Counted from the stretch's first letter, positions 18,368 through 28,325 are shown. The stretch is 64,000 nt of DNA from Candidatus Altiarchaeota archaeon (GCA_043813075.1 JBDRLL010000006.1:5043-69042), one strand, 5' to 3'. The notes: generated from the letters alone by a model not told the origin. Numbers and translations are program-made.

Positions 18368-20962
18368 GTGATGGATTCTAGGGAATTATGCAATTTGACG
18401 GATTCTCTGCTCATTGCCGGGATCATCCTGATCATCTTCTCCCACCCGCTCGCAGCCTTTGCGGGAGGAGACGGGAGCCTGGGGGATCCATTCCAGATTA
18501 CGGATTGCGTTGAATTGAATGACACTAGAGCGGATTTGGGCGCTAATTATGTTTTGAACAATGAGGTAGACTGCAGTGACACCGTGAACTGGGAGGGTGG
18601 TGACGGGTTCACGCCGATAAGCACTTTCACAGGCAACTTCTCAGGGCAGAACAACGACATAACAGACTTGTACATAGACAGTACCAGCACCGACGTCGGA
18701 TTATTCGGCATACTTGATGGTGGTGGTAGGATAGTGGACCTTGGTTTGGTGGACGCTGACATAACAGGGGGTGGTAATACCGGAGGGCTTGTGGGAGATT
18801 TAGAAAACGGATTGATTAACAATGCGTACGTGACGGGGAGCGTGGCAAGCAGCGTCGACTATGTGGGCGGGCTCGTCGGATACTGCAAGAGTAATGGCTT
18901 GATAGCACTATCCTATTCTGAGGCTGACGTGACAGGACACACTTACGTCGGCGGGCTGGTCGGGTATAGTAATGGGGATGTGATTAGCTGTTACACAACA
19001 GGAACAATTGATGCAACGGGAGTGGCGCCAAATTATCATGGAGGATTGATAGGCAGCAGCAGTGGCGTTGACGTGAATACTTCCTACGCCACTGGAAACG
19101 TTAGTGGAGGCTCATTTAATGGAGGCCTAATCGGAGGGGCCTTTGGCTCAACAAGGATATTCAATTCATACGCGCTAGGTCATGTTTCAGGAAACGAGCG
19201 CATCGGGGGACTTATAGGTGATTTGAGGGGGCCAGCCACCAACTGTTACTCAAGAGGAAGCGCCACAGGTTCTGGAAAGGTAGGTGGCTTGATAGGTAAT
19301 CTGGATCCATCAGGGACGGCAGTGAACTCATTCTCGACAGGGGGGGTTTCAGCAGGCTCAAATGATGGGGGACTCGTAGGGTATCATAATGGGGGTACTC
19401 TGACGAACTGCTGGTGGTACAATGATTCAAGTGATAATCCAGATTACTGCTACACTGATTCGGTTTCAGTTCCGGGAAATACCGGCTGCACGCCTGATGA
19501 GGACTTATCCTACTTCTTCACTGTCGGTAACGAGCCTACAGACGTCTGGGACTTTGGTAACATCTGGGACAACGTGAATGACGGCGGCAACACCGCCCCA
19601 CTGTTATGGCAGAGCTCGTTGAAATGGACTGGAGTAAGCTGTGGTGACGGGAGCGAATGCGATTCAGGCAACTGCGTTGACGGCGTATGCTGTGATACTG
19701 CATGCGCTGGAGCATGCAAGGACTGCGATGTCGCGGGGAGTGAGGGCACGTGCACGAACATCCCCGATGGTCAGGACCCGGAAGGAGAATGCGGGAACAT
19801 AGACTGCTCGCCGTACATATTCGGGTGGGGTGTGGCAAACTCCGCCCTATCCTGCCGGACCGAATCATCGACCACAGAAGGCTACTGCGGGGGAGACGGG
19901 GCTTGCAGAAGCCAGAGCGAGGAATGCGCGGCCCAGGATGTGGAGGACGGGCAGTCAGGTGCAGCAGCCTGCGGGAGCGCGGCATGCAAGTGGCAGTGCC
20001 CCAACGAAGGCACTGCAACAGACTATGATACTGTCGAGGAAGTCTGCTACACAGACGATGCACAACACAGCTGCAGTGCGGGAGAAGTCTGCGACGCCAC
20101 CGGAACATGCACTGCAACAACGACAACCACAAGCACGACCACCACGACAACCACAAGCACGACCACCACGACAACAGACCCGCCGAAGGGTAGGGGCCCC
20201 ACCACCACTCGACCGGAGCCTACGACAACAGTAAAGACGACTTCGACAAGCACGACAATCATGCTGGTTGCGCAGACGAGCGTTACAAGCACGCTAAGGA
20301 AGGTTACGACAACGAGTATTGAGGCTGCCAGACCCCAGCCGCCAAGTGGAACATCAACGCCAGGCCCGGGCGGTAATAATCCTCCGACAGGCAGGGAAGG
20401 CCTGGGAAAAGAAGGGGAGGGTGATGAGGAGGAGACTAACTACGACACGCGGGAATACGACTCTGACGTGAACGTGAAACTCGATTTTAAGGACTTAAGC
20501 CACGCTAGGGCTGGTGAAGTAATCGGGATAAATGTCACAGTCCAAGCGGACTCCAGCATCAATGGCCTGCGGACGTTCATAATAACTTCGCCAGGAATAA
20601 GGATGATTGAGTACGATGAGGTAATCAACCTGGATGACGTGCTTGTCAAGGAGCTGACCTGGAAGGCTGTGGTGGAGGATGATGCTGGCGCCGGAAGATA
20701 CTTCATAAACGCCAGCCTAATAGACGTTCAGGGAAGCGTCAAAAGCATCAAGAACGCTGAGGTAATCCTGCAGGAGGGGATTGATATGCAGGAGACAGTA
20801 ATGCCTGAACCAGAGGGTCTGATTGAAAGGGTATTCAACATCATGAGGAGGGTATTCAATGTGATATACAGGAACAGGTTCCTGTTCATGGCACTGTTCC
20901 TGGTGCTCATGCTGATGGCCTACGCCTACTACTCGTACAGGAAGAGGAGGATAGGGCTATGA
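18368..20962 (+). CDS. membrane-anchored surface protein: GLUG repeats, Cys-rich module, Thr/Pro stalk, C-terminal TM
   Basis: Signal peptide, FAGGDGSLGDPFQI, repeated VGGLVG/GGLIG, CVDGVCCDTAC block, poly-Thr, TM plus RKRR. Confidence 0.85.
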   Translation: MMDSRELCNLTDSLLIAGIILIIFSHPLAAFAGGDGSLGDPFQITDCVELNDTRADLGANYVLNNEVDCSDTVNWEGGDGFTPISTFTGNFSGQNNDITDLYIDSTSTDVGLFGILDGGGRIVDLGLVDADITGGGNTGGLVGDLENGLINNAYVTGSVASSVDYVGGLVGYCKSNGLIALSYSEADVTGHTYVGGLVGYSNGDVISCYTTGTIDATGVAPNYHGGLIGSSSGVDVNTSYATGNVSGGSFNGGLIGGAFGSTRIFNSYALGHVSGNERIGGLIGDLRGPATNCYSRGSATGSGKVGGLIGNLDPSGTAVNSFSTGGVSAGSNDGGLVGYHNGGTLTNCWWYNDSSDNPDYCYTDSVSVPGNTGCTPDEDLSYFFTVGNEPTDVWDFGNIWDNVNDGGNTAPLLWQSSLKWTGVSCGDGSECDSGNCVDGVCCDTACAGACKDCDVAGSEGTCTNIPDGQDPEGECGNIDCSPYIFGWGVANSALSCRTESSTTEGYCGGDGACRSQSEECAAQDVEDGQSGAAACGSAACKWQCPNEGTATDYDTVEEVCYTDDAQHSCSAGEVCDATGTCTATTTTTSTTTTTTTSTTTTTTDPPKGRGPTTTRPEPTTTVKTTSTSTTIMLVAQTSVTSTLRKVTTTSIEAARPQPPSGTSTPGPGGNNPPTGREGLGKEGEGDEEETNYDTREYDSDVNVKLDFKDLSHARAGEVIGINVTVQADSSINGLRTFIITSPGIRMIEYDEVINLDDVLVKELTWKAVVEDDAGAGRYFINASLIDVQGSVKSIKNAEVILQEGIDMQETVMPEPEGLIERVFNIMRRVFNVIYRNRFLFMALFLVLMLMAYAYYSYRKRRIGL
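20120..20175 (+). repeat. 24-bp tandem repeat (about 2.3 copies) encoding a Thr/Ser stalk
   Basis: ACGACAACCACAAGCACGACCACC twice, plus a partial copy. Confidence 0.8.
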
Positions 20963-21655
20963 ATCCCCCTTCAGGGATTTTATCTTCGCCTCGACTTCGA
21001 TAAGCCTTTTCTGGTAGTCGCGTATTATCTCGCGGTAGCTTTCCTCGTCTATGCCACGCTTATGGTACTTGATTTTAGTCAGGTTTATCATGTACTCGAG
21101 CTCATGCATCTCGTGCTGCAGCGCGGACAGCTCATCGCCCTCGGGCTTGGCTTGGTCAAGCTTGTTCTGCAGGTGGGACTGCCGTTCCTCAAGATCCCGG
21201 ATTATCCGCTTACGCCTGAAAAAGAGCTGGTCCACGAATATGAGGAAGAGTATGAGAAGGGCTACGAGGACGACCATCCAGAAGCCGTACTTCTCGACGA
21301 CATCGTCGCTGTATGTGGATTCCGCGGAGATGTCGAAGTTCACTGTGTAAACGCCGTTAGCCTCGACTACGCTGCTTGTCCGCTGGTTGGGGTTGGTCTC
21401 CCCCATCCGCACGTATATGTCATAGTATGAGCCCGGCGACACGGTAGTGTTGAAGTAGCCGTTGCTGTTTGAGTATGTTGAGGCGACCGGTTTATTAAAG
21501 TCTCCTGTCTTGAATATGTCGACCCTGAGGTTGCTGTATGGCGCCCCATTGTTGCCGTCTCTGATATGCCCTTCTATGACCGCCGTCTCCTGGGCGATGC
21601 ATGCGGGAGAAAGCAGAATAAGGGCTATGGCGAGCAGAGTGGCATGTTTAAGCAT
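20957..21655 (-). CDS. single-pass membrane protein with carboxypeptidase-regulatory-like domain
   Basis: Signal peptide, IEGHIRDG..GAP....TYSNSNGYF, TM segment, cytoplasmic coiled coil. Confidence 0.65.
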   Translation of the reverse strand: MLKHATLLAIALILLSPACIAQETAVIEGHIRDGNNGAPYSNLRVDIFKTGDFNKPVASTYSNSNGYFNTTVSPGSYYDIYVRMGETNPNQRTSSVVEANGVYTVNFDISAESTYSDDVVEKYGFWMVVLVALLILFLIFVDQLFFRRKRIIRDLEERQSHLQNKLDQAKPEGDELSALQHEMHELEYMINLTKIKYHKRGIDEESYREIIRDYQKRLIEVEAKIKSLKGDS

Positions 21656-21700
21656 ATTAAGGATTAGTTGCTGAGTAAAAAAAGCAGTATGACACGTTAT

Positions 21701-21946
21701 TTAATCCTTTACCACGACAACCTTGCTGACCGCGTTAACAGCGTCGAAGGGTATCACGTAGTTACCGTCCTTGTCCTTAGGGTAAGTGACCCTTGAGACT
21801 ACGTCGCCTAGTGGCTCGACGATTATGGATATGAAGTCGCCGGTATTCTCGTCGATAATAATGTCGTCCAACCGTCCGAGCTCTTCACCACCAACTGTGA
21901 TAACAGGCTTACCCCCCAATTGTCTGGCAATAATGTAAGTTACCAT
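21701..21946 (-). CDS. PRC-barrel protein (CdpB-like)
   Basis: LGGKPVITVGGEELGRLDDIIIDENTG...IPFDAVNAVSKVVVV; SD AGGTGA before ATG 21946. Confidence 0.85.
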   Translation of the reverse strand: MVTYIIARQLGGKPVITVGGEELGRLDDIIIDENTGDFISIIVEPLGDVVSRVTYPKDKDGNYVIPFDAVNAVSKVVVVKD

Positions 21947-22012
21947 GTAAGTCACCTAATGGGCTTATTTTAATACAACTTATTAAGAATGTTAGTTTAA
22001 AAAGACGAGAAG

Positions 22013-22924
22013 ATGATTGATGGCGGGGTGAGGGAACTCCTCGAGAAACAGGGTTACCGGGTTGCGGGAGATCATGGCGCAGTCAAACTATGCACGTGGC
22101 TGAGGAAGAGTATACGTGGGGAAGGCCACTGCTACAAGCAACAGTTCTATGGTATAGAAAGCCACCGATGCCTCCAGATGACTCCATCCGCAGCATGGTG
22201 CACTCACAACTGCATATTCTGCTGGAGGAATACGGAGGCCACTCTGGGGACAGAGATGACGTCGTGGGATGAGCCGGAGAAGCTGATTGACGAGGCTGTG
22301 GAACGCCAGAGGGAGCTCGTATCAGGGTTCGGACACCTGAAGAGCGAGGAGAGCAGGAAAAAGTATCTGGAAGCAAGGAATCCGAGGCACGCGGCCATAA
22401 GCCTGGCTGGGGAGCCGACATTGTACCCGATGCTGGGGGGTTTGATAGGCGAGTTCCATCGTAGGGGTTTAACCACATACCTTGTGACCAATGGGACCAG
22501 GCCTGATGTTATCGCTGGCTTGGATGAGCTTCCGACGCAATTGTACATGTCCCTCATAGCACCCAACAGGGAGGTCTATAGGAGGACTTGCCTTCCCATA
22601 ATAGATGACGGGTGGGAGAGCATCAACAGGACTCTTGAGTTGTTCCCGAGCCTGGACACCAGGAAGGTGCTGAGGATTACCCTAGTTAAGGGCTACAATA
22701 TGACAGGCGCTAATGAGTACGCGAAGCTGATTGAGAAAGCGCAGCCGGATTATGTTGAAGCTAAGGCGTACATGTTTGTGGGGGCCAGCAGGAACCGTCT
22801 TACGCTAGACAACATGCCCTCCAACCCGGAGGTCATGGACTTCGCCGCCCAGATTGCGGGAGAAACAGGATACATCATAAAGGATAGGAAGGAGGACAGT
22901 AGGGTGGTGCTGCTCGCCAGGTAG
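22013..22924 (+). CDS. taw1: 4-demethylwyosine synthase (radical SAM Taw1/TYW1)
   Basis: VKLCTW, CYKQQFYGIESHRCLQMTP, CTHNCIFCWR, AISLAGEPT. Confidence 0.96.
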   Translation: MIDGGVRELLEKQGYRVAGDHGAVKLCTWLRKSIRGEGHCYKQQFYGIESHRCLQMTPSAAWCTHNCIFCWRNTEATLGTEMTSWDEPEKLIDEAVERQRELVSGFGHLKSEESRKKYLEARNPRHAAISLAGEPTLYPMLGGLIGEFHRRGLTTYLVTNGTRPDVIAGLDELPTQLYMSLIAPNREVYRRTCLPIIDDGWESINRTLELFPSLDTRKVLRITLVKGYNMTGANEYAKLIEKAQPDYVEAKAYMFVGASRNRLTLDNMPSNPEVMDFAAQIAGETGYIIKDRKEDSRVVLLAR

Positions 22925-22932
22925 ATTATTGC

Positions 22933-23238
22933 CTATCGTATTTCCCCGAAGTCTCGGATTCCGGGTAGTTTTTCTCTAGGAAGCGCTTCAACCCACCGGG
23001 TCACCGTTTCGGCATCAGTTTTACGCAGAACCTTACTAACGTTATGGGCTGCACGCTCCCTCGACTCGTCTGGGCTAAGACGTGCTTCACGCTGTATCGC
23101 AAGACGGTATTGACTGAAGAAGCCGCGTATCTCAACAGGATCCTCCAGCTCTCTCGCAGCAGTGAAGACTGGGTGGGCGTTATCACGCCTAGACTTTGCC
23201 ATCACGTTAGCCCATACTTCAGGCGGCTTACGTGCCAT
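22933..23238 (-). CDS. hypothetical protein
   Basis: 101-aa ORF that fills the gap; TATA-like TTTTAATAT about 25-33 bp upstream. Confidence 0.55.
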   Translation of the reverse strand: MARKPPEVWANVMAKSRRDNAHPVFTAARELEDPVEIRGFFSQYRLAIQREARLSPDESRERAAHNVSKVLRKTDAETVTRWVEALPREKLPGIRDFGEIR

Positions 23239-23303
23239 ACCATAATATCTAGGGGATGGGGGATATTAAAATTACTGTCTCTCAGTCAGGCTCAACATTC
23301 ATT

Positions 23304-23816
23304 TTAGCACATCAATGACTGTATCTCCTCGTGCATGCGGCGTATACGGTCTACCGACGGGTGGTCTGGGCCAAGCCGTTGCCTGAATTTCTCCAGTGAT
23401 TCGTCTATGGTTATCTCTTTTTCGCCGTCAACGAGCTTGTCGGCGTAGCAGATTATCTTCTCCTCCAGGGTCTCTGGGATGTAGTCCCCGGAGGGCAGTC
23501 CCAGCTCAGCAGCCTCATTCCTGTCTATGCCGCCGCCCAGATGGTTCCTGCACACCCTAGCATATTCCGGATGGTCCCTGAGTATATCAGAGCCTTCTAT
23601 GCCGTGGCGTATGCCGTGGGTGACTCCCCTGCCGATGTCATGGAGCAGTGCGGCCGTCTCCACGAAATCCACGTCCACTTTATGGCCTGAAGACCTTATT
23701 TTCTCTGCGATTCTCTTGGCCAGGCGGGATACTGTCTTGCAGTGGGCTATGACGTTTTCCGGGCAGCTGGCTTTTAACAGTATTATGGCTTCTTCCGGGT
23801 GGATGTTGTCGTTCAT
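23304..23816 (-). CDS. HD-domain protein (TIGR00295-like)
   Basis: VIAHC, ALLHDIGR, HGIEG, HLGGG, PETLEEKIICYADKL; coupled to tfe. Confidence 0.88.
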   Translation of the reverse strand: MNDNIHPEEAIILLKASCPENVIAHCKTVSRLAKRIAEKIRSSGHKVDVDFVETAALLHDIGRGVTHGIRHGIEGSDILRDHPEYARVCRNHLGGGIDRNEAAELGLPSGDYIPETLEEKIICYADKLVDGEKEITIDESLEKFRQRLGPDHPSVDRIRRMHEEIQSLMC

Positions 23817-24316
23817 GCTATCTGCTGGAGTAGGCTGTTCACGCGGGCTATTTCAGCGACAAGACTGTCTATGTGCTCGCTGTTGTCGACTTCAGAGTAC
23901 TGTTCACTACACTTCCGGCATATGAAGCTGGCTTCCATTGCGATCTCGTATGGGACGCGCTCGCACTCGCACTGGAATGTGATGCTCCCGGTCTCGTCCT
24001 TCAGCGCCGAGTTAAGCTCATCTATGCGCTTGCTCAGATAGCTGGATATGAAGGAGTCTATCTTATCCTCCCGCCTGTTCCACAGGTAGGTGTACCATCC
24101 AGTCCGCTTATTCTTGGTCCTCTGGTACTCCACGAGACTGTTCTGATGCAGCTCGTTCAGTATCGTCCGGACGATCGTGGCCTTCAAATCCAGTTCAGCG
24201 GCCACATCTTCATCGTATTTTGGTTTGTCGAGTCGTTTCAGAACATTGAAGTGATCTTCGCTCAGACTTTCGACGAGAATGTCCTGTACAATATTAGACT
24301 TCCACTTAGAAGACAT
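23813..24316 (-). CDS. tfe: transcription factor E alpha
   Basis: DEDVAAEL...VRTILNELH, TGWYTYLW, Zn ribbon CEC...FICRKC. Confidence 0.93.
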   Translation of the reverse strand: MSSKWKSNIVQDILVESLSEDHFNVLKRLDKPKYDEDVAAELDLKATIVRTILNELHQNSLVEYQRTKNKRTGWYTYLWNRREDKIDSFISSYLSKRIDELNSALKDETGSITFQCECERVPYEIAMEASFICRKCSEQYSEVDNSEHIDSLVAEIARVNSLLQQIA

Positions 24317-24374
24317 GGACTATTCTACGATATATTAGCTTAAATAATGAATTGAACATTGTACTTTTTGGTGT

Positions 24375-25616
24375 TTATGTTGAGGATGATGAGGATGAGG
24401 ATGTGGATATGACGTATGAACTTGACGTGCTTGATGTGGTGGCTGTGGTGCTGGTAGTAATGCTCGTCGTAGTGGTGATTATGCAGTTAGGACCGTACAA
24501 TCCAAGCGAGACCTTGTAGCCTCCCGGACAGTATTCCCTCCCCCAGAAGCTCTCGTTATAGCAGTCGACCATGATGTGGTAGGTGCCTGCCATCAGATTA
24601 CTGACTGCGCAGGACTCGGGCTCGCCCAGGAAACCCAAGTCTATAGGATGCCTAGGGCAGTCCCATTCAGGCCACTCGTATGGCCATATGCCGTAGTATA
24701 TGCGGGGGCAGAATTCTGGCGTCCAGTTCACGTACAAGTCATAGTCGCTGTCCGCGTCAGGCTGCATTATCACCTCGACGTCACAGACACTACCTTCAGG
24801 TATTGTGAAGAAGTGGTAGTTGTAATCGTCGCCGTGGGTATTGTACTCCCGTTCACTGTCCTCAAGCCTGCATCCACCGTACACTGGCGGGCAATCCCAG
24901 CAATTCGGGACGGTAGTTGAAGTCGAAGTTGTAGTGGTGCTGGTAGTGGTTGTTGAAGTGGACGTGGTAGTCGTGGTGGTCGGCGCTGGCCCGAACTCAT
25001 TCCACGAGACGTCAAACTCCACGGTGGAAAGCTTCTGTCCTGCCGGAACCCGTATGAAAAACAAGTCTTCAACAATGTCGGGAGGGTCATAAACAAGGTC
25101 TAGGTCCCTGTGCAGGATAGGACACCCGCGGATCCTGCACACGTAATCAATGCTCCAGGTGAAGTTCTCGAGAAGCCATGCCCTAGCAACCCATCCCTCG
25201 CGCGGGGTGTCGGCCATGTAGCCGGAAAGCAGGCGGGAGGCGCTAGCCTCATCCCCAGAATCCTTCTCGCTAGTCCTGGTGCCCCCTGAGTCGTAGATGA
25301 CTTGGCTGACGCTGACACCAGCAATCTCAAGACGGTACCCCATGTTCGGGGGGACCATGTTGTCCAAATACTCTCGAGTCAGATTCCCTGCGCCTGAGAC
25401 ATTGCCGGAAGAGTAGAGGAAACCAATCTCCTCGAGAACACCCTTCTTGTTGAGGGTCTCGATAGAATCCTGCGCCACGCCATGAGCCTTCTGGAAGGCG
25501 GCCTTCTCCACCTTACTGGCCCTGAAGTAATGTAGGCCTATGAATCCAGCCATTATGAAAAGCACCATGGAGAGCGATATCAACGCATCCCACGTGAGGA
25601 TATACCCTTTCTTCAT
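24375..25616 (-). CDS. type IV pilin-like protein with PPC-like domain
   Basis: MKKG/YILTWDAL plus hydrophobic helix; Thr linker; SDYDLYV...GEPESC...AGTYHIMV. Confidence 0.7.
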   Translation of the reverse strand: MKKGYILTWDALISLSMVLFIMAGFIGLHYFRASKVEKAAFQKAHGVAQDSIETLNKKGVLEEIGFLYSSGNVSGAGNLTREYLDNMVPPNMGYRLEIAGVSVSQVIYDSGGTRTSEKDSGDEASASRLLSGYMADTPREGWVARAWLLENFTWSIDYVCRIRGCPILHRDLDLVYDPPDIVEDLFFIRVPAGQKLSTVEFDVSWNEFGPAPTTTTTTSTSTTTTSTTTTSTSTTVPNCWDCPPVYGGCRLEDSEREYNTHGDDYNYHFFTIPEGSVCDVEVIMQPDADSDYDLYVNWTPEFCPRIYYGIWPYEWPEWDCPRHPIDLGFLGEPESCAVSNLMAGTYHIMVDCYNESFWGREYCPGGYKVSLGLYGPNCIITTTTSITTSTTATTSSTSSSYVISTSSSSSSST

Positions 25617-25647
25617 TATCTAAGAAACTATTATCCCTAGCCGTTTA

Positions 25648-27405
25648 TTAGACTACCTCGGGTTTTGGGTACACTAGTATGACGCGCAGGTATCCTACAT
25701 CTATGTAGTCTGCGGCAATGCGGCTCCACCTGCCCAACCCGGGGCTGGTTGAATTCTCCCTGCCTACCGCGTAATAACAGTACCGGCCTTCAGCATACTC
25801 CTTCGTGGTCCAGATGTGCTTGCAGTTCTTATCGCCGGGACATATCATCACGTCAGTCCTCCAGGGGATGTCAGGTGCGTCGGTGAACGGGTTCGTTATC
25901 TCCCCCAATTCGAAGTCGTTGGCGGACTTGCCGGAAGGATGAGCGGCATAATCCAGACAATCGAACTTAGGCTTACCTATGACACTCGAGAATGGGAAGA
26001 ATACTCCGTCACTCACGACAAGCTTCTCCATGCCGTCAGTGGCAGTGCCGCTCACGTTAAGGAAGATTGTCTCATCAACCTTGGCCAGCTTGCCCCAAGA
26101 GTCGTTGTATGCCATTATGGTGACAGCCAGGTCACCGTAGATGCACCTGTTGTTGTAGCAGACTTCACAACCCTCCCAGCAGGTGGAAGAGTCGACGCAA
26201 TACTCCCCGCAATCACCCTTCTCACATATGTAGGTGGCGGGGTCTCCGTCCACCTCAACGGGGTAGACGTCGCAGTAGCGGCAGCCAAGCTCGCATTCCT
26301 CGATAGTAGGGTCTTCAGCACTGCAGTTCTTGCCGCAGTCACCCTGCTCGCAGCGGAAACCCGCTTGGATTGATGTATTGCAGTAGAGGCATCTTTCCTC
26401 GCACTCCTCGTAATAGTCGAACTCGTCGCAAGACGCGCCGCAAGATCCATTCGGCTCGCACGTGTATACATCACGGCCCAGCCGGTAGTCATACTGCTGC
26501 CAGCAGTACTCGCACTCGAACTCCTCCTCGTTAAGCCAGATATCCATCTCACACTCTTCAGGGAATCCTCTAGGATGCCAGCAAGGCAGTCCGCACGTAT
26601 CATCCTCCTTCTTCTCCTCGCACTTGCCGCCCGGCCCTGAGACGGAGAGGTTACACCACTTGCAGGGATTCGGACCCTCATCCTCGAGATAGTCGCAGTC
26701 CTCGTCAGCCTCACAGTATTCATCGCACTTGCCGGATGGAACGCACCTCTGGTCCTGGTTGCAGTACGGGCACGCGCTATCCTGCATCTCCTCCTCGCAT
26801 ATGATGGAGAAGCTTCCGGGATCAGGGCAGAACATGTAGCATACGGACACCGGCAGGCTCGTTGTAGTGAGGAACGGCGGGACGCTCCATGGCTCCTCTA
26901 TGTGGCCGTAGAGCTTGCCCACACTCTCAAGCTCGCTGCCGGAGACTGTGTTTACGTAGTTGACGACAACGTCCGCGTCATAGTAGTCCCCTATACGGTA
27001 ATTGTTTTCAATGGACTGGCCTATGGCACAGCTGGATTCTATGACAACTGAGTCCTGTGGGTTTATCACCACTTCTTCAGCCGGGACTGGAGTGCACTCG
27101 ACGATGCCGAAAGACACGTTAACCCCGTAGATGGGTATCCTAACGGGAACGTCGCCCTCATTCTTTACTTTAACGTATATCGAGTTGTTCTGGGCTATAA
27201 CCCAGTCGACTGGGATGACCTGTGAGAACCCAGCCCAACCCCTCCGCTGGATGAGAGGCTTTAAAACGCCAGTCTGCCAGAGGAGGACCAGCGTTATGGA
27301 GAGGAAAAGGATTACTAGGGAAAACACTAGCAGATTTTCTACAGATATCTGGCCTTTAAACCCCTTAACCCTATTAGATGAACGCACAAGCATCCTTTTT
27401 AACAC
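25648..27405 (-). CDS. type IV pilin-like protein with six six-Cys modules
   Basis: KG/QISVE plus hydrophobic helix; 36 Cys in six C-x3-C-xn-C-xn-C-x2-C-xn-C units. The start may be ATG 27393. Confidence 0.75.
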   Translation of the reverse strand: MLKRMLVRSSNRVKGFKGQISVENLLVFSLVILFLSITLVLLWQTGVLKPLIQRRGWAGFSQVIPVDWVIAQNNSIYVKVKNEGDVPVRIPIYGVNVSFGIVECTPVPAEEVVINPQDSVVIESSCAIGQSIENNYRIGDYYDADVVVNYVNTVSGSELESVGKLYGHIEEPWSVPPFLTTTSLPVSVCYMFCPDPGSFSIICEEEMQDSACPYCNQDQRCVPSGKCDEYCEADEDCDYLEDEGPNPCKWCNLSVSGPGGKCEEKKEDDTCGLPCWHPRGFPEECEMDIWLNEEEFECEYCWQQYDYRLGRDVYTCEPNGSCGASCDEFDYYEECEERCLYCNTSIQAGFRCEQGDCGKNCSAEDPTIEECELGCRYCDVYPVEVDGDPATYICEKGDCGEYCVDSSTCWEGCEVCYNNRCIYGDLAVTIMAYNDSWGKLAKVDETIFLNVSGTATDGMEKLVVSDGVFFPFSSVIGKPKFDCLDYAAHPSGKSANDFELGEITNPFTDAPDIPWRTDVMICPGDKNCKHIWTTKEYAEGRYCYYAVGRENSTSPGLGRWSRIAADYIDVGYLRVILVYPKPEVV

Positions 27406-27467
27406 AGATTAATTAATTATTAAAGTCATTCGCAATATTAAAGACATTCAAAAAAGAAGGTGGTTAA

Positions 27468-28325
27468 ATGAGAAAGATAATACTATCTGCCCTAGCATTG
27501 TTCATAATATCAAGCACGTGTTCGGCGACGTTCATACGCATGGATGTGCTATTGAACACGCCGCCGTTAATAGAGGAGGACAACTTCCTGATTAACGTCA
27601 CGGTAACCAACAGCGGCGACGAGCCTGCCCACGACGTTCAGTTAGGCCTTAACCTGCCTGAAGGATTCACGTCAGATGAGATATACGTTGGCACGCTGAA
27701 CCCTAACCGGCCTTTCAACGGTTATTTCAAGGTTTCAACCGACAATGTGCTGCCAGGCAGATATCCCATAATAATGAAGACGCATTACGCTGACGCCAAC
27801 GCCTACCCGTTCTCTACGATAGCCCCTAAATTCATAGACTTCAAGATGCACTCCAAGTCCGACACAATGGCGAAGATGGAGAACATCGAGTTGGGGGCTG
27901 ACGAGGATGAAGGCAGAGACATAAAGCTTACTGTCATAAACAGGGACACCGCACCACACACATACTCTGTGAGAATGCACACGCCCAACGAGATTGTGGT
28001 GGAGACGATGAGCCAGAGCGTCGACGTGCCCGCCACCGGCGAGAAGGAGGTTTTATTCAGGGTGAAGCCTTTCGGGGCGATATCGAACAGCGCGTATGTT
28101 GTGGCAGCAACCCTGGAATACGAAGACTCTGCGAGTGGGAGCACCATGCACCGTTCATTCATAGCCACAGGACTTGTGAAGATAGTTGATGCCGGCCGGA
28201 TGGATTACATCCCGAACTGGCTGCCCGTAGCAGCACTGATATTACTGATAGCCGTCTTCGTGTCACTGCAGCTAAAGAAGAGGGCGAGTGGCGGGGATAA
28301 GAAGAGGGAGTATAAGGTGGATTAG
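27468..28325 (+). CDS. membrane-anchored CARDB/Ig-like surface protein
   Basis: Signal peptide, VTVTNSGDEPAHDV..LNLPEGF, C-terminal TM plus KKR. Confidence 0.65.
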   Translation: MRKIILSALALFIISSTCSATFIRMDVLLNTPPLIEEDNFLINVTVTNSGDEPAHDVQLGLNLPEGFTSDEIYVGTLNPNRPFNGYFKVSTDNVLPGRYPIIMKTHYADANAYPFSTIAPKFIDFKMHSKSDTMAKMENIELGADEDEGRDIKLTVINRDTAPHTYSVRMHTPNEIVVETMSQSVDVPATGEKEVLFRVKPFGAISNSAYVVAATLEYEDSASGSTMHRSFIATGLVKIVDAGRMDYIPNWLPVAALILLIAVFVSLQLKKRASGGDKKREYKVD

